Shown piece after piece: positions 57,995 through 64,000 of a stretch of 64,000 nt of DNA (position 1 is the first letter of the stretch; the number at the start of each line of letters is the position of its first letter). The DNA is taken from NCBI GenBank assembly GCA_963662655.2, contig CAXXTU010000002.1, forward strand, positions 32,001-96,000, written 5' to 3'. The DNA is from Candidatus Cloacimonadales bacterium (GTDB lineage: Bacteria > Cloacimonadota > Cloacimonadia > Cloacimonadales > JAIOQZ01). Both the position numbers and the translations under genes were made by a program. The notes under the pieces were generated by a model, which saw only the letters and a list, made by a program, of their open reading frames with translations, ran no database searches and was not told the origin of the DNA.

Positions 57995-58128
57995 ACCGCG
58001 AGGTGTGAGTAGATTTGTTCGAAATGCTTTCCAGCGTGGTGTTACACATCCTTTTTCAAGGCTCGATAGTCAGGAGGATGTGTTATATCCACGCTGGAAA
58101 GCATTTCGGGCGAAGATGCCACACCGGT
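57995..58128 (+). repeat. Long imperfect hairpin element, family B copy 2
   Basis: TTGTTCGAAATGCTTTCCAGCGTGG..ACACATCCT / AGGATGTGT..CCACGCTGGAAAGCATTTCGGGCGA. Confidence 0.85.
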
Positions 58129-58374
58129 AAGCAAACATGAAAAGCATCCGATGAGCATTCCTTCTGGCAGCCGGTGCACCTTCGCTCCATCCGCCGCTTC
58201 ACCCTATAACAACACACCTTCGTCACATTTTTCTCAATTTCAATTGAGAAAAATGTGACTTCGGAGTGTATATAATAGGGTTACGCGGGGATGAAACGAA
58301 TCTGCTACCGGCGGGTGTGATGATTTTGGGAAGTATCGCTTGACGTGAAAGCGGGTGTATAAAAAAGTGCGAAA

Positions 58375-58551
58375 GATTACGGTTCGTCTTAGCGACGCCA
58401 AGATGGAATCCCCGTGAAATTCGGGAGCAGCCCCCGCTCCTGTGAGAAGTAACGAAAGCTCTACGAATGTCACTGACCGAAGGTTGGGAAGGCAGAGCGA
58501 GTAGGCAACCCGAGAGGGTGAAAGCTTCGAGCCAGGAAACATGCCGCAATC
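58375..58551 (+). promoter_or_regulatory. Cobalamin riboswitch
   Basis: GGAATCCCCGTGAAATTCGGGAGCAGCCCCCGCTCCTGTGA, GTCACTG...GGGAAGGC, B12 box GAGCCAGGAAACATGCC; downstream RBS-sequestering hairpin CCTCCTC-ATT-GAGGAGG (58624-58640). Confidence 0.93.
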
Positions 58552-58644
58552 AATATCCAATCACTTTCGGAGGGAGAGCAAGGTTGGAAAATGCACGCGT
58601 ATTGTGGCATTTCCCTTACGAACCCTCCTCATTGAGGAGGAAAG

Positions 58645-59922
58645 ATGAAGAATCTCACCATTTTGTTTTTACTGCTTGTAATGCAGTTTGCAGCGCTATC
58701 GGCATACGATTTCTACGTCGTCAATTCCGAGAGCCAGGTCATGTCGGTAGTCAATTCGGAAAACGGTACCATCGATCCCGATTTCGCAATGCTGGGCGCA
58801 GACGCGTATGCGGCGCCCAATCGCATGGAAATTCTGGATGGGAAAGCGTATGTTACAATAACATACGAAAACACGCTTCAGGTCATCGATCTAGACAATG
58901 ATCGAGATCGAACTTCGATTTATCTGGGCGACAACGTGCTTCCCTACGACGTTTGCGCAGGCAACGGATACCTTTGGATTACGGGTAGCGCGAGCGAAAA
59001 GCTCTATCAAATCGATCCCGCAGACAACGAAATTACGGGAACCGTCGATGTAGGCATCTATCCGCAAAGCGTTCTGTATCGCGGAGGCATACTGTACGTA
59101 TCCAACAGCGGATACACGCCATCCGATATGAGCTACGCCCCCGGTACGGTTACCGTGATCGATGCGCAGACATGCGCGGTTCTTGCAACTATCGATACGG
59201 ACCTGAATCCACAGGATATCGCTGCTTACAACGGTCTTCTACACCTGACCTGCACGGGTGACTATTTCAACAACCCCGGCGTGATCGATATCATCGATCC
59301 CAATACGTACGAGGTGGTTGATGTGCTGGAGATTGGCGGCAGCCCGGGCTCGATCGTCGCCTCGGCAGATGGCAGGATGTACGTGGGCAACGCATGGCCT
59401 GCGGGAGTGTACGTGTATGACGCGACAAGCCTCAATGTCCTGATCACTCCAGACGATGGGATTTTTCTCGGCGGCAACGCTCTGGATATCTTCGGGACGG
59501 AACTCCTGTCCGTCGATGGCGGCGACTACATCCAGAATTCGGACGTCTATCGCTACAATCTGAGCAATCAATCGCTCATCGCATCCTACGAAGTAGCCGT
59601 GGGGGCGACAGACGTGCTGATCGATCCTTCGCAGCAGTCCGTTGACGACGGCGCGATGAATCCGGTCGCTGAGATATCTCTGCGAGTATTCCCCAACCCC
59701 GCGCGCATGGGCAGCCAGATACGTTTCTCCATGCCGGAAGGAATTTCAGTAGATAACTACTTGATCTACGATGTGAAGGGACGCCAGATTGCGAAGATCA
59801 AAGGCGGCAGTTGGGACGGTAACGACAGCCGCGGTAAGGCCGTCGGTTCTGGCGTTTACTTCTGTGTCAGCGCTTCGGGGAACAAGCGACTTGCCGTTAC
59901 GAAAATGACCATCGTTCGGTAA
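58645..59922 (+). CDS. Secreted YncE/BtuG-like beta-propeller protein with degenerate C-terminal T9SS-type domain; probable cobalamin-binding protein
   Basis: Signal peptide; repeated V.VID / P..I......YV blades; VFPNP...IYDVKGRQI...WDGND..G..VGSGVYF; preceded by the B12 riboswitch. Confidence 0.8.
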   Translation: MKNLTILFLLLVMQFAALSAYDFYVVNSESQVMSVVNSENGTIDPDFAMLGADAYAAPNRMEILDGKAYVTITYENTLQVIDLDNDRDRTSIYLGDNVLPYDVCAGNGYLWITGSASEKLYQIDPADNEITGTVDVGIYPQSVLYRGGILYVSNSGYTPSDMSYAPGTVTVIDAQTCAVLATIDTDLNPQDIAAYNGLLHLTCTGDYFNNPGVIDIIDPNTYEVVDVLEIGGSPGSIVASADGRMYVGNAWPAGVYVYDATSLNVLITPDDGIFLGGNALDIFGTELLSVDGGDYIQNSDVYRYNLSNQSLIASYEVAVGATDVLIDPSQQSVDDGAMNPVAEISLRVFPNPARMGSQIRFSMPEGISVDNYLIYDVKGRQIAKIKGGSWDGNDSRGKAVGSGVYFCVSASGNKRLAVTKMTIVR

Positions 59923-59992
59923 TAAAACTGTTGCAAATCTGGTGGGTAGGCAGCTTCGAAGTATGGAATTATTTACTTTGGATATTGCGTTA

Positions 59993-60020
59993 TGTCACCC
60001 TGAGCGGAGTCGAAGGGTGA
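59993..60020 (+). repeat. REP-like repeat
   Basis: TGTCACCCTGAGCGGAGTCGAAGGGTGA, two substitutions relative to 27276-27300. Confidence 0.85.
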
Positions 60021-60110
60021 TGGTAAATAGAAGCATGCAGAGATCGATAACTCAGAGTAATAACGTCACCTGAATATAAAGCAACAGCCCCTCGATTTCT
60101 CTGTCGAATC

Positions 60111-60155
60111 AAAAGAAGAATCCCCAATGGACAACGTCCAGAGGGGATTCTCTTT
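60111..60155 (-). terminator. Intrinsic terminator of the ABC exporter operon
   Basis: AGAATCCCC..TGGAC-AAC-GTCCA..GGGGATTCT with TTCTTTT on the minus strand. Confidence 0.75.
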
Positions 60156-60173
60156 ATCTAGTGAATCGGGTTT

Positions 60174-61385
60174 CTATTCGTATCTCAATGCATCGATCGG
60201 ATTCAATCTCGAGGCCTTCCGGGCTGGATACCAGCCAAAGAACACGCCGACGAATCCCGCAAATAGGAATGAGATGGTGATGATCTTGGGCTCGCCAATC
60301 GCCGGGATGCTGAAATAGTTGTTCATGGCGAAGATCATGCCGAAGGCCAGAAGGATTCCCGTGATACCGCCAATCAGGCTGAGAATGATCGACTCCGTGA
60401 GGAACTGGAGCATTACGTCCTTTCCACGGGCTCCAACGGATAAGCGAATACCGATCTCACGCGTACGCTCGGTTACCGAGACCAGCATGATGTTCATGAT
60501 GCCGATGCCGCCCACGATCAGCGATACTCCCGCGATCGCGGCAAGAAGAACGGTCATGGTATCTGCGGTGGAGGTCATCATGTCGGTGAGTTCCGACTGG
60601 CTACGCACCCAGAAGTCCGCGTCGTCGAGGTTCGATTGCTCGTGCGCGATCAACATGAGCTTCTCGACTTCCGTGATCGCCTCATTCACTGTCTCGGATG
60701 AGCTCGCACTGATGTATATCTGATCGATGTTCGTACCGCCCTTGAGCCGATACAGCGCTGTTTTCACAGGCGTCAGAATGATGTCGTCCTGGTCCTGCCC
60801 GAAGGAGTTTTCCCCCTTCTCTTTCAGCGTACCGACCACCTTGAACGGCGTATTGCGTATGCGTATGCGTGCTCCGATTGGGTTCTCGTCGCCAAAAAGC
60901 TCTTCCACGACGGTCTGGCCGAGGAGGCACACCTTTTTCTTCGTAGTTACGTCGCGGTCCGTAAACATGGCGCCCTGATCGACCTCCCATTTGCGGATGG
61001 TGAGGAAGTCCGGCTCGACCCCTTCAATGGACGTGTTCATGTTGCTGCTTCCGCTGATCACCTGCGCACTGGTGCGAACATTGGCGGAGAAGGCGGAAGA
61101 CAGCTTGCAGTTTTCCTTCAGGAAGTCGACGTCCTCGAAAGTCAGCTTCTCCCTTTCTCCTGAAGAAACACCGCGAAATCTGTGACGGGCGTTTCCAACC
61201 ATGATCATGTTGGTTCCCATCGAAGAGATATTCGCTTCGATCTGCTTGGACGATCCGCGTCCGATACCAACCATGACAATCACCGAGCAGACGCCGATAA
61301 TGATTCCGAGTGAAGTAAGAAAGGAGCGCATTTTATTCTTGAGTATGCTCTTGAGGGACACCTTGAAGATATTAAGCCACTTCAT
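60174..61385 (-). CDS. MacB/FtsX-family ABC transporter permease
   Basis: [54 protein letters not shown]. Confidence 0.95.
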   Translation of the reverse strand: MKWLNIFKVSLKSILKNKMRSFLTSLGIIIGVCSVIVMVGIGRGSSKQIEANISSMGTNMIMVGNARHRFRGVSSGEREKLTFEDVDFLKENCKLSSAFSANVRTSAQVISGSSNMNTSIEGVEPDFLTIRKWEVDQGAMFTDRDVTTKKKVCLLGQTVVEELFGDENPIGARIRIRNTPFKVVGTLKEKGENSFGQDQDDIILTPVKTALYRLKGGTNIDQIYISASSSETVNEAITEVEKLMLIAHEQSNLDDADFWVRSQSELTDMMTSTADTMTVLLAAIAGVSLIVGGIGIMNIMLVSVTERTREIGIRLSVGARGKDVMLQFLTESIILSLIGGITGILLAFGMIFAMNNYFSIPAIGEPKIITISFLFAGFVGVFFGWYPARKASRLNPIDALRYE

Positions 61386-62121
61386 CTTCGATCCCCCTCA
61401 TTTTGGTCAGCTCTTCGGCGGCGTTCAAGCGGTTCTGCACGATTTCGTCCTTGGTGATGCGACCGTCCAGCAGCACCACTTTCCTTTTTGCGAAAAGAGC
61501 GATATCCGGTTCGTGCGTTACCAGCACGATGGTTTTCCCTTGCTCGTTCAGGTCCTGGAACAATCTCATCACGTCGACCGAGGTTTTCGAATCGAGGTTG
61601 CCGGTGGGTTCGTCCGCGAGGATGATCGCGGGTTCGTTTACCAGCGACCTGGCGATTGCCACACGTTGTTGCTGTCCGCCGGAAAGCTGGTTCGGCTCGT
61701 GGTGAATTCGCTCGGAGAGTCCAACAAGGTTGAGGCACTCGATCGCCTTTTCTCGAGGATTGGCGATACGATGCGTGCGATCGTATAGCAAGGGCAACTC
61801 CACGTTCTCCAACGCGGTGGTGCGGGGGAGAAGGTTGAAGCTCTGGAATACGAATCCGATCTTCTCGTTGCGGATATCCGCGTATTGATCGGCTTTCAGC
61901 GAGCCAACATCCGTTTCGTCTAGGTAGTATTCTCCCGATGTCATTTCATCGAGGCAGCCGATGATGTTCATGAGGGTCGATTTCCCTGAACCGGAGGCTC
62001 CCATGATGGCCACGAACTCGCCTTCATTAATGCTTAAATCGACTCCGCGCAACGCGTGAACGGTTTGAGCTCCCAAAGAGTAATCCTTCTTCAGGTTGCG
62101 TATTTCGATAACCGGTTTCAT
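61372..62121 (-). CDS. ABC transporter ATP-binding protein (MacB/LolD type)
   Basis: [35 protein letters not shown]. Confidence 0.96.
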   Translation of the reverse strand: MKPVIEIRNLKKDYSLGAQTVHALRGVDLSINEGEFVAIMGASGSGKSTLMNIIGCLDEMTSGEYYLDETDVGSLKADQYADIRNEKIGFVFQSFNLLPRTTALENVELPLLYDRTHRIANPREKAIECLNLVGLSERIHHEPNQLSGGQQQRVAIARSLVNEPAIILADEPTGNLDSKTSVDVMRLFQDLNEQGKTIVLVTHEPDIALFAKRKVVLLDGRITKDEIVQNRLNAAEELTKMRGIEDEVA

Positions 62122-63365
62122 TAACGTGAACCTCCACTTGGGCGTCCGCCGGGGCCAGGCATCTGGAACAAACCGTTGGAAGTGCTCGATGAACCGCTGC
62201 TTTGCATGCTGGTGATGCAGCGAAGGCCTTCTTTCACCTTGTTGCCGGATATTTCAGTGTAAACGCCATCGGTGGAACCCGTTTCCACAAACATCACATC
62301 GATTTCGCCCGAATCATCGACATACCAGAGTGATGACCGATTCTCTCGCGGTTGAGAGCCAGTTCCTCTTTGCGATGCGGTAGAAGGCGTTCCTGTGCTG
62401 TCATTCTGGCGCTGTGCCCTTTTCTTCTCCATCACGGCGTGCATGACGTCGGTCGATGGACGGAATTTCAAAGCGGTGTTGGATACCCGAAGGATGTCCT
62501 TTTTCTGTTCGATGATGAAATCGACGGTAGCGGTCATGCCCGGCATGAGCTTCATGTCCGTGTTACGGGCGGAAATCACGACGATGTAGTTAACAACGTT
62601 CGAGACGGTTTCCGGCATTAGGCGAACTTGCTTGACTTTGCCCTCGTAGTTGTTGTCCGGGTAGGCGTCAACGGTGAAGCTGACCGGCATGCCTTTGGTT
62701 ATCTGCCCGATATCGCTTTCGTCGACATACGCAAAGATTTCCATCTCCGAAAGATTCTTCGCGATCGTGAAAAGGGTAGGTGTTGAATAGCTGGAGGCGA
62801 CGGTTTGCCCCTCTTCGATATCGCGATCGATCACAATGCCGCTGATGGGGGAGCGGATCACCGAGTAGAGTTCCAGGTTGTTGCGGTTCTTCTCGTAATT
62901 CGCTTTTGTAGACGAATAGGATGCTTCGGATGACATGTAGCTTATCCGGTAGCTTTCAAGGTCGAACGAGGATATCAACTCCTGCTCGAAGAGATCCTGG
63001 TTGCTGTCGTACTCGAGCTTTGCCTGGAGCATTCTGGCTTTGGCTGCCTGAAGTTCCGCCCTCGAGGCTTCCATTGTAAGGTGAAGCTGGGTTGTATCGA
63101 TGATGGCCAGCACCTGATCGACCTCGACAAGGTCGTTGTAATCGACAAGAACCTTGGAGACGGTGCCGGACATCTGGGTACCGACCTCGACTGTGCCGGT
63201 TGTCTCGAGCGTTCCCGTGCTGCTGACAACGTTTTCGATGTCGCCTCTCGAGACTTCCGCCAGTTCCATCCCCGATTCGGATTCCGGTTGTTTCTTCTTT
63301 GTGAAGTATAATATTCCTGCGGCAACGATTGCCAGAACAATGATGATGATTATTATCTTTTTCAT
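62121..63365 (-). CDS. MacA-like periplasmic adaptor (membrane fusion protein)
   Basis: N-terminal anchor; [24 protein letters not shown]...PTLF, VDESDIG, PGMTA.V. Confidence 0.93.
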   Translation of the reverse strand: MKKIIIIIIVLAIVAAGILYFTKKKQPESESGMELAEVSRGDIENVVSSTGTLETTGTVEVGTQMSGTVSKVLVDYNDLVEVDQVLAIIDTTQLHLTMEASRAELQAAKARMLQAKLEYDSNQDLFEQELISSFDLESYRISYMSSEASYSSTKANYEKNRNNLELYSVIRSPISGIVIDRDIEEGQTVASSYSTPTLFTIAKNLSEMEIFAYVDESDIGQITKGMPVSFTVDAYPDNNYEGKVKQVRLMPETVSNVVNYIVVISARNTDMKLMPGMTATVDFIIEQKKDILRVSNTALKFRPSTDVMHAVMEKKRAQRQNDSTGTPSTASQRGTGSQPRENRSSLWYVDDSGEIDVMFVETGSTDGVYTEISGNKVKEGLRCITSMQSSGSSSTSNGLFQMPGPGGRPSGGSR

Positions 63366-63749
63366 TTAAGCTCCACGTTTCTATTTTTACTACTTCAGAC
63401 ACAATCTAATGCAGAAACCTGCGATGCGACTTAAAAAAACTGAGGAAAACGTCGGTTAGAGATGAATAGAGAACAAGGGGTGATTCGTCGTTCGCTTAAA
63501 CCGGATTTTGGGGAACATTGTAAAAGATAAAATTATGCAGGTGCACGAAAATAACATTGACAATGTTTTAAGAAGAGGCTATTTTATCTTCAGATGGTTA
63601 GATAGCTTTTTCTCACAGCAATTATGGTTCACACCGCCTTATCGTATCACGCTACAGGTACGCGCATTCTCAGATTTGCCGTTCATTGCGAGCGCCCATG
63701 AAGACATAGTCATAGTAAACCGGTTGCATTTTGCAACAAGGAGGTTGAA

Positions 63750-64000
63750 ATGGCTCTGAGCTTCAATGTGGATTCAATTTCGAATCTGATATCCACACAA
63801 TTGAATACATCCCTGAGTACGTTGACGAATTCGGTATATCGTCTTTCAACTGGACTGCGCATAAACAGCGCTGCCGACGATCCGGCGGGGCTGGCGGTCT
63901 TCGAGATGATGCGCGCCCAGGAGGCAACCTATACACAAGCGCGAAACAATGCGCAGGACGCGCAATCCCTGATCCAGACTGCCGAAGGTGCGATGAATGT
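63750..64000 (+). CDS. Flagellin N-terminus; runs off the right edge of the window
   Basis: Not in the ORF track. Translation MALSFNVDSISNLISTQLNTSLSTLTNSVYRLSTGLRINSAADDPAGLAVFEMMRAQ...NNAQDAQSLIQTAEGAM; AAGGAGG RBS. Confidence 0.92.
   Translation, partial: MALSFNVDSISNLISTQLNTSLSTLTNSVYRLSTGLRINSAADDPAGLAVFEMMRAQEATYTQARNNAQDAQSLIQTAEGAMN

Noticed and set aside
1..64000. Apparent abundance of TCGA/GATC words (HIP1-like signal)
   Set aside because: Plausibly explained by ATC/GAT/GAA/TTC codon usage; cannot be supported without a codon-controlled k-mer count

Overview
A 64-kb bacterial chromosomal window. The gene repertoire suggests the FCB group, most plausibly Cloacimonadota; this is an inference from many secreted proteins carrying a T9SS/FlgD-Ig-type C-terminal domain, gingipain-like proteases, and hrcA with CIRCE. 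Housekeeping content: gcvPA/PB, nadE, lptD, gmhB, rsmE, hrcA-grpE-dnaK-dnaJ with two CIRCE operators, ribBA, tRNA-His, a MacAB-type exporter, a TolC-family channel and the start of a flagellin gene. Accessory content: two clusters of secreted M14/C25 peptidases, a 16-repeat beta-propeller protein, a cobalamin-riboswitch-controlled secreted YncE/BtuG-like protein, a TonB receptor-lipoprotein pair and fucose/O-antigen genes. The most unusual signal is non-coding: three separate families of dispersed structured intergenic elements. (i) Two copies of a near-perfect four-way-junction fold with a TGCGC-GNA-GCGCA hairpin (30992-31158, 39141-39320), in direct orientation around an 8-kb minus-strand gene block. 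(ii) Two copies of a ~130-nt rod hairpin showing compensatory base changes and a conserved bulged T (20254-20391, 57995-58128), with a possible distant relative at 27012-27160. (iii) A 25-nt REP-like repeat, tandemly amplified between dnaK and dnaJ. No transposase, integrase or CRISPR array was seen. All folds were read by eye, not computed.
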